Shown piece by piece: positions 45,950 through 56,204 of a stretch of DNA of 64,000 bases. How positions within the stretch are numbered: the stretch's first letter is position 1; each line of letters opens with the position of its first letter. Source of the stretch: Candidatus Rokubacteria bacterium 13_1_40CM_68_15 (lineage in GTDB: Bacteria; Methylomirabilota; Methylomirabilia; Rokubacteriales; CSP1-6); contig MNEG01000028.1 in the NCBI GenBank assembly GCA_001917585.1, positions 4,505 through 68,504 of the forward strand. Direction: 5' to 3'. The translations under genes were made by a program, and so were the position numbers. A model generated the notes under the pieces. The model did not search any database and had not been told where the DNA came from. It worked only from the letters and a program-made list of their open reading frames with translations.

Positions 45950-46965
45950 CGGTCGCCGCCCCGACAGAGCTCGGCAACCAGCACGGCCAGCTCGGCGCCC
46001 GGCTCACCGCCAGACTTCAAACGACGTTCAGCCAGCCAACACCGTTCGAGCTTCCGGGTCAGGCCGCCGCTGGACTCGCCGGCCACCGAGGTGAGGAGGG
46101 CATCGACGACCGCCGGTGGCCGTCCGACCAACCGCGCGATCTCGGCGGCCGGTCGCCCACGCTCGCGCCACTCGCGGACCGTCCACCGCATGCGGACGTC
46201 GCGCGTGAGCGCGACGAGCACCGGGAGGGGATCTTCCGTGGCGAGCAGGCGATCGAGCGTGCGCAGCGCCAGACCGAGCTCGTGGCGCTCCACCGCGCGC
46301 GTCAGATCGAACAGCCCACTGAGGCGATGCTCGCCGACCACGGCGCTGACTTCCTTCACGCCGACGGCACGGTTCTCCGGTCCTCCGGCAAGGGCGGCTT
46401 TGCGCACTTCGCCGAGCAACGTGGCGCTGTCCTCGCCGACGTGCTGAACGAGCAATCGCGCCGCCTCTTCGCTGACGACCAGGCCGTCGGCCTGAGCGCG
46501 CTGGCGCAGCCATTCCTCCAGTGGACGGCCACGCCGCGCGAAGAGCGCGACGACGCCGGCGGCGGGGACGACGTCGAGGAGCCAATGGGGCGCCTTGCGA
46601 TCGCGATGGGGCGTCAGTGTCTCGTCGGCGAGAAGCAAGAGACAGCCCGTCGGATTCGGCGCGGTGACCCAGCGCCGAAGCGTATCCGCGTCCCGCGCCG
46701 GCAGCGCGTGGGCATGACGGACGACCACCAGCCGGGCCGGCGCCAGCACCGGCAGCGTCAAGGCCGCGTTCGTCACCGTTTCCACGCTGACTTCACGGCC
46801 GTCGAACACCTCGCGGTCGAAGGCCGCCGCCGACGGCTCGCTGAACAGGGCCCGGCTCAACAGGCCGAGGGCGTCGTCGAGCAGTTGCACGTCGGGCCCG
46901 TGAACGAGCACCGTCGGCGGCAAGGCCCGGCGCTCGGCCGCGGTCAGGAAGGCTGCGTAGTCCAC
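45946..46965 (-). CDS. holA: DNA polymerase III delta subunit
   Basis: 339 aa; position (leuS-lptE-holA) and the overall delta-subunit pattern. Confidence 0.7.
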   Translation of the reverse strand: MDYAAFLTAAERRALPPTVLVHGPDVQLLDDALGLLSRALFSEPSAAAFDREVFDGREVSVETVTNAALTLPVLAPARLVVVRHAHALPARDADTLRRWVTAPNPTGCLLLLADETLTPHRDRKAPHWLLDVVPAAGVVALFARRGRPLEEWLRQRAQADGLVVSEEAARLLVQHVGEDSATLLGEVRKAALAGGPENRAVGVKEVSAVVGEHRLSGLFDLTRAVERHELGLALRTLDRLLATEDPLPVLVALTRDVRMRWTVREWRERGRPAAEIARLVGRPPAVVDALLTSVAGESSGGLTRKLERCWLAERRLKSGGEPGAELAVLVAELCRGGDR

Positions 46966-46969
46966 CCGC

Positions 46970-47473
46970 TCAGAAGCGCTCGAGCGTGAAGGCCACGATC
47001 GCGCGCGCGATGTCTACGGAGGCCTGACGGAGCGCGCCCTGCTCGCGGGCGATCGTGTCGCTCACGGCGCCCGCGACGCGGAAGTCCGCCCGCTCCTGGT
47101 ATCCCCGCCGGTCGAAGAGGAGCTTCTCTTCCTTGATGTCACGGTAGCGGAGGTTCATCGTCACGATGAGCCGATACTGACGAACGTTGGCCGAGGGATC
47201 GAACGCGATCGACTGCAGCTCGTAGCCGGTCACTTCGCCGTCGAGGATCGAATCGGCGGCGGCCGGCCCGACGACCCGCAGCCGCCCGTTGGTCGAGAAC
47301 GCCTCGACCACCGCGCGGGTCAGGAAGTTCTCGACGCCCGGCTCCGATGTGCGATTGGTGAAGGTCGGGATGGCGATGGTCCGGAGATGCCCGGGCAGGG
47401 TGCCGCGCAGCCCGTATCCGCACCCGGACAGCATCGTCGCGACGAGAACGACCAGCGCCGTCCGTCGCCTCAT
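46970..47473 (-). CDS. lptE: LPS-assembly lipoprotein LptE (RlpB)
   Basis: Lipobox LSGC (MRRRTALVVLVATMLSGCGY). ATGA overlap with the leuS stop; conserved leuS-lptE-holA order. Confidence 0.75.
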   Translation of the reverse strand: MRRRTALVVLVATMLSGCGYGLRGTLPGHLRTIAIPTFTNRTSEPGVENFLTRAVVEAFSTNGRLRVVGPAAADSILDGEVTGYELQSIAFDPSANVRQYRLIVTMNLRYRDIKEEKLLFDRRGYQERADFRVAGAVSDTIAREQGALRQASVDIARAIVAFTLERF

Positions 47474-49959
47474 CGGCGGGTGACGATGTTGACGAGACGG
47501 TTGGGCACCACGACCACGCGGGCGACCTGATTGGTCGTCACCCACGGCTTCACGCGCTCGTCGGCGAGCGCCAGACGTCGCACGTCGTCCTCGGTGGCGT
47601 CGACGTCCACCGTGAGACGGCTGCGCACCTTCCCGTCTACCTGCACGACCACCGTCACCTCGTTCTTGGCGAGCGCGGCCGGATCGACCTCGGGCCACCG
47701 CCCCCGAAAGAGACTCTCGCCGTGACCGAGCTGCGCCCACAGTTCTTCCGTGACGTGCGGGCAGAACGGTCCGAGGAGGAGCAGCGCCGTCTCCACACCC
47801 TCACGCAAGAGCGCTCCCCGCTCCGAGCCGGGCATGCCGTCGAGCGACGCCTGCTCGAAGGCGTACAGGGCGTTGATGAGCTCCATGATCGCGCTGACCG
47901 CCGTGTTGAAGTGGAAGTCGCGCTCGATGTCGGCGGTCACGCGCGCGATCGTGTCGTGGATCACGCGGCGAAACGCTTTTCCCTCCTCCGTGGTCGGAGC
48001 GACGCCCCCGTCGATGGGAGCGACGCGGATCTCCTCGAGATGAGCGACGACGAAGCGCCACACCCGGTTCAAGAACCGGGAGCCGCCGTCCACGCCGTGA
48101 TCGTTCCAGTCGAGGTCCTTCTCGGGCGGCGCCGCGAAGAGGGAGAAGAGGCGCGCCGTGTCGGCGCCGAAGTTCCGGATGAGGTCGTCCGGATCCACCA
48201 CGTTGCCCTTCGACTTCGACATCTTGGCGCCGTCCTTGATGACCATGCCTTGCGAAAGGAGCGCGAGGAACGGCTCGTCGGCCTTGGTGAGGCCGAGATC
48301 GCGCAGCACCTTGGTGTAGAAGCGGGCGTAGAGCAGGTGCAACACAGCATGTTCGATTCCGCCGATGTATTGATCGACCGGCATCCAATATTCCGCCGCC
48401 GCCCGCTCGAACATCCCGCCGTCATAGGAAGGCGAGCAATAGCGGAAGAAGTACCACGAGGACTCGACGAAGGTGTCCATCGTGTCCGTCTCCCGCCGGG
48501 CGCGGCCGCCACATCGCGGACAGGTGGCGTTCACGAAGCCGGCCACGTCGGCCAGCGGCGAGCCACCCTTGCCGCTGAGCTGCACGTTGCGCGGCAGAAC
48601 GACGGGAAGGTTCTCTTCCTTCTCCGGGACCATGCCGCATCGGTCGCAATACAGGATGGGAATCGGCGCACCCCAGTACCGTTGCCGGCTGATGCCCCAG
48701 TCCCTGAGCCGATAGTTGATCTTGCCCTCGCCGAGCCCGCGCGCGACGAGCCAGTCGATGGCCTTTCGCTTGGCCTCGGTGATCGTCAACCCGTCGAGGA
48801 ACCCCGAATTGATCTTGAGACCGTCACCGGTGTAGGCCTCGCCGGTCCAATCGGGCGGACGCTTCACCGTCTCGATGATCGGCAGACCCTGCTGCGTGGC
48901 GAACTCCCAGTCACGCTGATCCTCGCCGGGAACCGCCATGATGGCGCCGGTACCGTAGCCCATCAGGACGTAGTTGGCGATGAAGAGCGGGATCTCCGCG
49001 TTGTTGAACGGGTTGACGACCTGCGCCGACAGCCGCAGCCCCCGCTTGGGGCGATCGGCGGCCAGCCGGTCGATCTCGCTCTCGCGCGCCACGTCGGCGC
49101 GGAAGGCGGCGACGGCGGCCCGCTCGCGCTCGTCGGCGATCAGCTGATCCACCAGCGGATGCTCGGGCGCGAGGACCGCGTACGTCATGCCGAACACGGT
49201 ATCGGGCCGCGTCGTGAAGACGCGGACCTTGAGGCCGGGCCGGCCGACCACCGGAAGGTCGAACTCCGCGCCTTCGCTGCGACCGATCCAGTTTCGCTGC
49301 ATCGTCATGACGCGCTCGGGCCAGCCGGGCAGCCGGTCGCACCAGGCGAGCAGTTCATCCGCGTAGGCCGTGATCTTGAAGAACCAGCCTTCAATCTCGC
49401 GCGGCGTCACCTCACTGTCACAGCGCCAGCACCGGCCGTCTTCCACCTGTTCGTTGGCGAGAATGGTTTGACAGGATGGGCACCAGTTGACGGTCGACCG
49501 CCGGCGATAGGCCAGCCCGCGCTCGAACATCTTGATGAAGATGAGCTGCTCCCACTTGTAGTACGAGGGATCACACGTCGTGACCTCGCGGCTCCAGTCG
49601 TACGAGATCCCCATCTTCTTGAGCTGCGTGCGCATGTAGTCGATGTTCTCGTAGGTCCAGATCGCCGGGTGCACGCCGTGCTCGATGGCGGCGTTCTCGG
49701 CGGGAAGACCGAAGGCGTCCCAGCCCATCGGATGCAGCACGTTGAACCCCCGCATCCATTTGTACCGGGCGAGCAGGTCGCCGATCGCGTAGACGCGCAC
49801 GTGGCCCATGTGGATGCGGCCCGAAGGGTACGGGAACATTTCCAGGCAGTAGAACTTCGGGCGGGCAGGATCCTCGGTGACCTGGAACTGCTTCCGCTCC
49901 TCCCAGATCCGCTGCCACTTGGCCTCGACCTCGCGGAAGGGATAGCGGTCGGTCGACAT
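47470..49959 (-). CDS. leuS: Leucine--tRNA ligase
   Basis: HMGH (RIHMGHVRVYAIGD) and KMSKS motifs; start placed at MSTDRYPFREVEAKW. Confidence 0.92.
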   Translation of the reverse strand: MSTDRYPFREVEAKWQRIWEERKQFQVTEDPARPKFYCLEMFPYPSGRIHMGHVRVYAIGDLLARYKWMRGFNVLHPMGWDAFGLPAENAAIEHGVHPAIWTYENIDYMRTQLKKMGISYDWSREVTTCDPSYYKWEQLIFIKMFERGLAYRRRSTVNWCPSCQTILANEQVEDGRCWRCDSEVTPREIEGWFFKITAYADELLAWCDRLPGWPERVMTMQRNWIGRSEGAEFDLPVVGRPGLKVRVFTTRPDTVFGMTYAVLAPEHPLVDQLIADERERAAVAAFRADVARESEIDRLAADRPKRGLRLSAQVVNPFNNAEIPLFIANYVLMGYGTGAIMAVPGEDQRDWEFATQQGLPIIETVKRPPDWTGEAYTGDGLKINSGFLDGLTITEAKRKAIDWLVARGLGEGKINYRLRDWGISRQRYWGAPIPILYCDRCGMVPEKEENLPVVLPRNVQLSGKGGSPLADVAGFVNATCPRCGGRARRETDTMDTFVESSWYFFRYCSPSYDGGMFERAAAEYWMPVDQYIGGIEHAVLHLLYARFYTKVLRDLGLTKADEPFLALLSQGMVIKDGAKMSKSKGNVVDPDDLIRNFGADTARLFSLFAAPPEKDLDWNDHGVDGGSRFLNRVWRFVVAHLEEIRVAPIDGGVAPTTEEGKAFRRVIHDTIARVTADIERDFHFNTAVSAIMELINALYAFEQASLDGMPGSERGALLREGVETALLLLGPFCPHVTEELWAQLGHGESLFRGRWPEVDPAALAKNEVTVVVQVDGKVRSRLTVDVDATEDDVRRLALADERVKPWVTTNQVARVVVVPNRLVNIVTRR

Positions 49960-50023
49960 TGTTTCAGCTTGGTTTTTACCAGACATAGCGGACAGAGGCA
50001 AGAAACATGGCCCGCTCGAGGCG

Positions 50024-50053
50024 CCTCCGGCGCACCTGACCCCGCACCGGAGG
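50024..50053 (-). terminator. Hairpin downstream of the small Cys-Pro protein gene
   Basis: CCTCCGG/CCGGAGG 7-bp stem with a 16-nt loop. Confidence 0.35.
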
Positions 50054-50068
50054 CAGCCCGGCAGCGAT

Positions 50069-50332
50069 CTACTGCTTGTGCTCCAGCTTCACCCCGAGGA
50101 CCTTGGCAGCGTCGTCGGCGGTCTTCACCGAGTCGGCATGCTTTCCGTCTTCGTGTTCCTTCTGGGCCTTGGCGATCAGCTTGTCGGCATCGCCCTTCTT
50201 CTTCGTGTCCTTCTCCTTCGCGGAGGCGTCCTTGAGCTGCTTGATGAGCAACGGACACTCCTTCGCGAACGCGACACCAGCGCCAGCGCCGAGCATCATC
50301 ACTACGGCGAGCAGGGCCATCACCTTCTTCAT
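50069..50332 (-). CDS. Small secreted Lys-rich Cys-Pro protein (paralog 1), unknown function
   Basis: MKKVMALLAVVMMLGAGAGVAFA|KECPLLIK…HEDGKHADSVKTADDAAKVLGVKLEHKQ. GGAGGTG ribosome-binding site 7 nt upstream. Sits 45 nt downstream of uvrC. Confidence 0.65.
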   Translation of the reverse strand: MKKVMALLAVVMMLGAGAGVAFAKECPLLIKQLKDASAKEKDTKKKGDADKLIAKAQKEHEDGKHADSVKTADDAAKVLGVKLEHKQ

Positions 50333-50376
50333 CGAGTCGTCACCTCCCCCTCGGGCCACGGTGGTACTCCACCCTA

Positions 50377-52224
50377 TCAATTGCCGGTCCGACCCTCGGG
50401 TTCCCCGACCATCTCGGCCCCCTCGGGCACGGGATGAAAGTGCGCGTAAATACGCTGCGCGAGCTTCGGGGTGACCTTGGGCACCGCCGCCAGCTCGGCG
50501 ACGCTGGATTCTCGCACGCGTCGTGCCGAACCCAAAGTTTTCAAGAGGCTCGTGCGGATGGTGGCGCCCACGCCGGGAATGCTGTCGAGCACCGACGAGA
50601 TCGTCCGTTTCGCCCGCAGCTTCTTGTGGTACGTGATCGCGAAGCGGTGCGCCTCGTCGCGGATCTTCTGCAGCGTGTGGAGGGCCGGCGCAGTCGGGTC
50701 GAGCAACAGCGGCTCCAGACTCTCGCTGCGATAGACCTCCTCGCGCTGCTTGGCCAGGGAGACGACCGGCAGGTAATCGAGTCCGAGATCCTGCAGCACC
50801 TTGAGGCCAACGTTGAGCTGCCCGCGGCCGCCGTCGATGAGCACGAGGTCGGGCAGCACGGTGCCCTCCTCCAGCGAGCGGGCAAAGCGGCGCCGCAGCA
50901 TCTCCTCGAGCGACGCAAAGTCGTCGGCGGCGGGCACCGTCTTGATGCGGAAACGCTTGTAGTCGTCCTTCTTCAGCTCACCGTTCTCCCACACCACCAT
51001 GGACCCGACCTGCTCGGATCCCTGGATGGAAGAGATGTCGTAGCCCTCGATGCGGTTGGGCAGCGTCGGCAGCTCGAGCGCCCGCTGCAGGTCTTCCAGG
51101 ATCAGCTGCTGGCGGTTCGAGCGCGAGAGCAGGTGATGCTGCAGCGCGATCGCCGCGTTGGACTCGGCCATGGCCACGAAGTCGCGCTTGGTCCCGCGCT
51201 GCGGGACGACCAGCGCGACACGACGACCGGCCAACCCCGAGAGCCATTCCGTGAGCAGATCACTTTCGGGCACGTCTTCCGATAACAGGATCTCGGGCGC
51301 CGGCGTGACGTTCTTGCCGTAGAACTGGCGAAGAAACGCCGACAGGATCTCGCCGTCGCCGCTGCCGGCCGTGCGGTCGAAGAAGAACGCCTCCTGCCCG
51401 ACCAGGCGGCCCTTGCGCACGAAGAAGAGCTCGACACAGGCGTCGGCGCCCTGACGAACGACGCCGATGACGTCCTGATCGACCTGGTCGGTGGAGATGA
51501 TCTTCTGACGCTCGCGGACCTGGTTGAGCGACTGGATCTGGTCGCGGAGCACGGCGGCCCGCTCGAACTTCTCCTCGCGCGCCGCCTGCTCCATCTCCCG
51601 CGTCAGGCTCGCCGCCAGATCGTCGTCTTTGCCCTCGAGGAAGTGCTGGACGTCACGCACCGTCTTGGCGTAGCCCTCACGCGTCTCCCATCCCGTGCAG
51701 GGCGCGTTGCACCGGTGGATGAAGTACTGGATGCAGGGACGCTCGAGCTTTCCGTCGATCCTGATCGAACACGTCCGCAGCGGAAACAGCTGCCGGGTCA
51801 GTCTGAGCGTCTGCCGCATGGCGGTGGCCGGGTAGAACGGACCGAAGTACGTGGCGCCATCCTTCTGGACCCGCCGGGCCACCACGAGTCGCGGGAACTC
51901 CTCGTTGGTCGTGAGCTTGAGGAAGGGATAGTGCTTGTCGTCGCGGAGAATGATGTTGTAGCGAGGCCGGTGCTTGCGGACGAGATTCGCCTCCAGCATC
52001 AGGGCCTCGAGCTCGTTGTCGGTCACGACGTACTCGAGATCGGCGATCTGACGCACGAGGGCGTCGGTCTTCGCGTCGCGCGGCCGGGCCTCCTGGAAGT
52101 AGGAGCGGACCCGGCTGCGCAACGAGGCGGCCTTGCCCACGTAAAGCGCCTGCCCCTTGGCGTCGCGGTAAAGGTAGACACCCGGGCGATCGGGCAGCGT
52201 GGCGAGCTTCTCGTCCAGCGTCAC
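50377..52224 (-). CDS. uvrC: Excinuclease ABC subunit C
   Basis: GIY-YIG domain at the N-terminus (PGVYLYRDAKGQALYVGKA), UvrBC and RNase-H-like domains, and a C-terminal HhH. Confidence 0.92.
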   Translation of the reverse strand: MTLDEKLATLPDRPGVYLYRDAKGQALYVGKAASLRSRVRSYFQEARPRDAKTDALVRQIADLEYVVTDNELEALMLEANLVRKHRPRYNIILRDDKHYPFLKLTTNEEFPRLVVARRVQKDGATYFGPFYPATAMRQTLRLTRQLFPLRTCSIRIDGKLERPCIQYFIHRCNAPCTGWETREGYAKTVRDVQHFLEGKDDDLAASLTREMEQAAREEKFERAAVLRDQIQSLNQVRERQKIISTDQVDQDVIGVVRQGADACVELFFVRKGRLVGQEAFFFDRTAGSGDGEILSAFLRQFYGKNVTPAPEILLSEDVPESDLLTEWLSGLAGRRVALVVPQRGTKRDFVAMAESNAAIALQHHLLSRSNRQQLILEDLQRALELPTLPNRIEGYDISSIQGSEQVGSMVVWENGELKKDDYKRFRIKTVPAADDFASLEEMLRRRFARSLEEGTVLPDLVLIDGGRGQLNVGLKVLQDLGLDYLPVVSLAKQREEVYRSESLEPLLLDPTAPALHTLQKIRDEAHRFAITYHKKLRAKRTISSVLDSIPGVGATIRTSLLKTLGSARRVRESSVAELAAVPKVTPKLAQRIYAHFHPVPEGAEMVGEPEGRTGN

Positions 52225-52443
52225 GACCTTATTATTGTACCGGGGACCGGCATCCGGGCTTGGCGGCGCCCTGTCGCGCCCGTGCTCCCTCAGGCCTGCC
52301 CGACGAAGTCCTACACAGGCCTCCGGCTCACTCCTACGTCCTCATCGGTCGGATTCTGATTGTCCACAGGCGCCGTGCGGCATACTTTCGCGACCAGCAG
52401 CCATGAACGACACGATGACGAGCGGGCCCCAGGGAGGCGTGCA

Positions 52444-53139
52444 ATGAGCGTGTTCGCACGTGCCACGGTCGTATCGGCACTGATACTGGTCGTCAGCGGA
52501 TTGGCCGGCCGAGCCGAAGCCCAGCCGGCCGCGACGGTTGCCTTTCCGGTCGCAACGGTTCATCTCGAGCGGAATGCCACTGACGGCGACTTCGAGGTCG
52601 TCTTCGAGGTCAAGGGCGCCGAGGACGGCCTGGCTGAGCTCACGGTGCTTTCGCCCGACCGCCGGACGGTCGTGGCCTTCAAGGCTCCCGATTCCTCCAC
52701 CCTGGGCATCCGCTCGTTTCGGTTCGAGTCGCCCGAGCCCACCGACATGAAGGCGCTGAAGGCCGCCTATCCGGAAGGGGTCTACGAGTTTTCCGGGCGG
52801 ACTACGAAAGGCGCGAAATTTGCCGGGAAGTCGACGCTCAGTCATCGGCTGGCGGCAACGGCCACCCTCGTCAAGCCGGCAACGGCGACAGCCAGTGTGT
52901 CCGTCAAAGGCCTCAGGCTCGCCTGGAGCCCCGTCGAGGGTGTGGCGTCCTACGCCGTCGGTATCAAGCAGGAGGAGTTGAACGTGAATCTCACGGCGCT
53001 CCTGCCCGCCTCGTCGACGTCCTTCGGCGTGCCCGATGGTTTTCTGGTGCCGGGCAAGAAATATACGCTGGCGGTTGGCACGGTCACTCGCGAGGGCAAC
53101 ATCACGTACGTGGAGACGACGTTCACGACCGAGAAGTAG
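52444..53139 (+). CDS. Secreted protein with FN3/Ig-like beta-sandwich region, unknown function
   Basis: Signal peptide MSVFARATVVSALILVVSGLAGRAEA; the LRLAWSPVEGVASYAVGI segment is FN3-like. Confidence 0.5.
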   Translation: MSVFARATVVSALILVVSGLAGRAEAQPAATVAFPVATVHLERNATDGDFEVVFEVKGAEDGLAELTVLSPDRRTVVAFKAPDSSTLGIRSFRFESPEPTDMKALKAAYPEGVYEFSGRTTKGAKFAGKSTLSHRLAATATLVKPATATASVSVKGLRLAWSPVEGVASYAVGIKQEELNVNLTALLPASSTSFGVPDGFLVPGKKYTLAVGTVTREGNITYVETTFTTEK

Positions 53140-53821
53140 TCGGCATCACCAGGCGCGGCGTCTCGGAGTCATCGAGACTCTGGCTCTCCCGCGCGGCCTG
53201 CGGATGCGAGCTCGCCCACCAGGCGGCGGCCGCCGCGCAGCCAATGCCGAGGAGAAAGCCCCCCAGGACGTCGGATGGCCAGTGGGCATGGCGCATGATG
53301 CGGGCCCAACCGACCGCGAGCATCAAGCAGATCCCAAGTGTATCGACGATCCACCGCTGCCCCCGGCTCAGCCGTTCCCGGCTCGCGATATAGATCAGCA
53401 CGACGGCGAAGGTTGCCGCCGCGGTGGTGTGGCCACTGGGAAACCCGAGGGAAGACCCGCTCGGGCGGGATCGGCCGACCATGAACTTGAACGCGTGCTG
53501 GATCAGCGAAGAGCCGATCAAGACGGCGCACCAGACCCGCCAGTGACGCCGCGCCACCGACGACAGCACGAACAGCAGGATGGCGGCCGGCAACAGGACC
53601 TGCACGCGGCCCCCATAATTGGCCCAGCGCGCGAGCTTGCGCACCATGCCGCCGTCACTGCCGAGGAGAAATTGACGGACGAGCAGATCGCCGGGCAGGG
53701 TTCCGACCGCGTAGACGGTGACGCCGAGACCGAGGAAGAGGCCCAACGACACCAGGCAGACGATGCGCCAGCGTGCGGCTTCCGATCCGCTCACGTGAGA
53801 TCCCTCCACTGTCCGAGTCAT
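53123..53821 (-). CDS. PAP2-family membrane phosphatase (phosphatidic-acid / lipid phosphatase superfamily)
   Basis: Three PAP2 motifs: KFMVGRSRP, PSGHT, RIMRHAHWPSDV. Confidence 0.8.
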   Translation of the reverse strand: MTRTVEGSHVSGSEAARWRIVCLVSLGLFLGLGVTVYAVGTLPGDLLVRQFLLGSDGGMVRKLARWANYGGRVQVLLPAAILLFVLSSVARRHWRVWCAVLIGSSLIQHAFKFMVGRSRPSGSSLGFPSGHTTAAATFAVVLIYIASRERLSRGQRWIVDTLGICLMLAVGWARIMRHAHWPSDVLGGFLLGIGCAAAAAWWASSHPQAARESQSLDDSETPRLVMPTTSRS

Positions 53822-54000
53822 GTCTAGTGTTGTCGCTGCGATTTGTCAACGGCGAGCCGAACGTCACGTCACCGTCAGCGAGAGCATCGTTGTCCTCGCG
53901 TTGCATGCCATAATCCGCCGAAAAGGAACGCGCTGAGAGCCGAGAGTGCCGTGGCCGAGCGCGAAAGGACATCACCATAGCGGTCACTCCCGAGGAACTG

Positions 54001-54675
54001 GTGATCCTGGTCAGGGTGCTCGCCGCTGTCGTGGTCGGCGCATTCATCGGGTTCGAGCGCACCTTCCACGGACGTCCAGCGGGATTCCGCACGCACGCGC
54101 TCGTCTGCGTCGCGTCGTCCCTGCTGATGCTGGTGACCGTCTACCAGAATCAATGGATGACCATTGTTCCACTCGATGCCATCCGGACCGACCCGACGCG
54201 AATGGCGCAGGGCATCATGACTGGAATCGGCTTTCTCGGTGCTGGTGTGATCTTCAAGGAGGGGCTGACTGTTCGCGGCCTGACGACTGCTGCATCCATC
54301 TGGGTAACGGCGGCCATCGGCATCCTCCTCGGAATCGGGTTTTATTTTGCCGCCACCCTCGGCGCGGCCGCCACGCTCGCGATCCTGGCGGCATTTCGCT
54401 TCATCGAGCTGCGCCTTCCTACCGAGTTTTACGCGCACCACTCGCTGATGTTCGAGCGGGGTGCGGTGATCGCCGAAGACGAGCTGCGTCGCCTGATCGG
54501 TGACCACGGGTTCTCGATTGCGAACCTTTCGTATCACCTGAGCGAGGGCGGCAAGTTCTTCGAATATGAAATGGTGATCAAGAGTCGCGACCGCCGCAAC
54601 GCGGCAGCGCTCTCTCAGCATCTCTCCAAGCTGTCGGAGGTGCTCGAATTCCGTATCGACCCGATGGGCGACTGA
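54001..54675 (+). CDS. mgtC: MgtC/SapB family membrane protein
   Basis: 224 aa; N-terminal MgtC TM domain (VGAFIGFERTFHGRPAGFRTHALVCVAS) and a C-terminal ACT-like domain. Confidence 0.8.
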   Translation: MILVRVLAAVVVGAFIGFERTFHGRPAGFRTHALVCVASSLLMLVTVYQNQWMTIVPLDAIRTDPTRMAQGIMTGIGFLGAGVIFKEGLTVRGLTTAASIWVTAAIGILLGIGFYFAATLGAAATLAILAAFRFIELRLPTEFYAHHSLMFERGAVIAEDELRRLIGDHGFSIANLSYHLSEGGKFFEYEMVIKSRDRRNAAALSQHLSKLSEVLEFRIDPMGD

Positions 54676-54807
54676 CGTCGATGCCGACGACCGCGGGCGC
54701 AGCCGACGGCGTAGACGAACGGCGCCAAGCCTCACTCTGACCGACTGCAGACAGATCGAGCTATCACCCGGCGCCGTTCGTCGCTGATTCCGTTTACCAA
54801 TGCTCAT

Positions 54808-55431
54808 CTAATCATCGTGGTCCTTGCGCTTCCCGCGCGAAGACAGGGTCGTGACTTTGGCCGTCGTTGGATCGATCACCACCCTGTGAATCGTCAGGTC
54901 CTTCAACACACTCACCTCGAACAGCGTCGAGCCGTACAGACTCGCCAGCGCGGCCTCGACGGCCCTGCCGCCGGTTTCCTTTTCCGCCGACTCGATGGCG
55001 CCCACAAGAGTCATTGGCGACGCTTCGAGGCGGGCCAGCGCGGCTTGCTCCTTCAGTTGATCCTTCCTGTCGAAGACGTGGCCGAGGGAGGAGATTACAC
55101 CGGGCGTGGCCACTCGCAGGACGTTTCCGGACGCAGGGTCGACGACGACCTTAGCTGACTTGTCCTTGGATACCGTCTTGACTTCGTAAACGTAGGTACC
55201 TCTCTTGCGCTCCATCTCGGCCTTCCTCGCGCGGCCACCGGTCTGCTGTTCGGCGACGCGCACCGCTTGAGCCAGAGACGTCTGCGGCTGCAGGCCGCTC
55301 GCGCCGTCCGGCCGAGCCTGCTGCTGCGCCGCGGCCTGCGTGACGGCCGTCGTCGCGGCCAGCACCGCCGCAACTCCGCTGGCAAGCCCTACCCACAACA
55401 GCGCGCGGTGAGACGCGGTCCAGGGGCTCAT
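54808..55431 (-). CDS. Secreted tandem PepSY-domain protein
   Basis: Signal peptide plus two PepSY-like repeats (YVYEVKTVSKDKSAKVVVDPASGNVL and STLFEVSVLKDLTIHRVVIDPTTAKV). Start is an ATGA overlap with the upstream lipoprotein gene. Confidence 0.6.
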   Translation of the reverse strand: MSPWTASHRALLWVGLASGVAAVLAATTAVTQAAAQQQARPDGASGLQPQTSLAQAVRVAEQQTGGRARKAEMERKRGTYVYEVKTVSKDKSAKVVVDPASGNVLRVATPGVISSLGHVFDRKDQLKEQAALARLEASPMTLVGAIESAEKETGGRAVEAALASLYGSTLFEVSVLKDLTIHRVVIDPTTAKVTTLSSRGKRKDHDD

Positions 55432-56138
55432 CGCTCTCCTCCCGTCTTCGCGGCCGCGACTTTCCCGGCCCTCACGAGCTTCATCGTCCCGTCGCTCACC
55501 ATCCCGATGCCCGGAGCGTAGTACTTGTACTCCGTCAACCGCTGCAACGGAGTCGTCTCCTCCATCTTCAGACAGTTCGTGAACTCGCCAGCCGGAGTCT
55601 TGACGGTCTCGGTCGTGCTCACGATCGTGGCCCGATCCATCGCCACCTCGGGGACGACCTCCTGGTAGTAGCTCGCCTTGACGAGTGGCCGGCCCGGCAT
55701 CATGAGCCCGAACTTGCCGCCGTTCACGCCGGAGAGCCAGGACCCATCGTGATTCACGACCTTGCCGTCCTTGTACATGTCGACGTCTTCTCCGAAGTAA
55801 AAGACGTCGTTGGTCCGCCGGCTGATCGCGAAGTAGTTGCGGGCGACCTCGATCAGCTGGCCGTTCTTGGTCTCCCGCTCCTCGACGACCCGCGTCTCCA
55901 CACCATCGACGATCTTCGTCTCGTTGAGGACGGTGATGATCAGCTGAGTACCGCCGCCCTCGAGCACCAGCTGGTAGCCCGGTTCGAGGATGAAGTAAGG
56001 ATTGCGCCCGCTGGAGACCAGCTCGTCCCCTTCCATCAGGAAACGCGACGTCCACTCGCCTGCTCTGACGCACCCGGCAACGGCCACCAGCCCGATCCCG
56101 ATCGCGACGATGGACCAGCACCACAGAACTCTGCGCAT
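55428..56138 (-). CDS. Lipoprotein of unknown function
   Basis: Lipobox LVAVAGC near the N-terminus; no recognisable motif; co-transcribed with the PepSY gene. Confidence 0.55.
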   Translation of the reverse strand: MRRVLWCWSIVAIGIGLVAVAGCVRAGEWTSRFLMEGDELVSSGRNPYFILEPGYQLVLEGGGTQLIITVLNETKIVDGVETRVVEERETKNGQLIEVARNYFAISRRTNDVFYFGEDVDMYKDGKVVNHDGSWLSGVNGGKFGLMMPGRPLVKASYYQEVVPEVAMDRATIVSTTETVKTPAGEFTNCLKMEETTPLQRLTEYKYYAPGIGMVSDGTMKLVRAGKVAAAKTGGER

Positions 56139-56204
56139 GACGAAATCCTCCTTGTCTTGTGTCGTGCACCTTGCCGCTTCGGTTGTGTCTCCGTCGTCGC
56201 CCCT

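Noticed and set aside
53822-54000. Mg2+ riboswitch (M-box) or Salmonella-like regulatory leader upstream of mgtC.
   Set aside because: The leader is ~180 nt with an unclear promoter and is too short and too featureless to call an M-box. No conserved elements were recognised.
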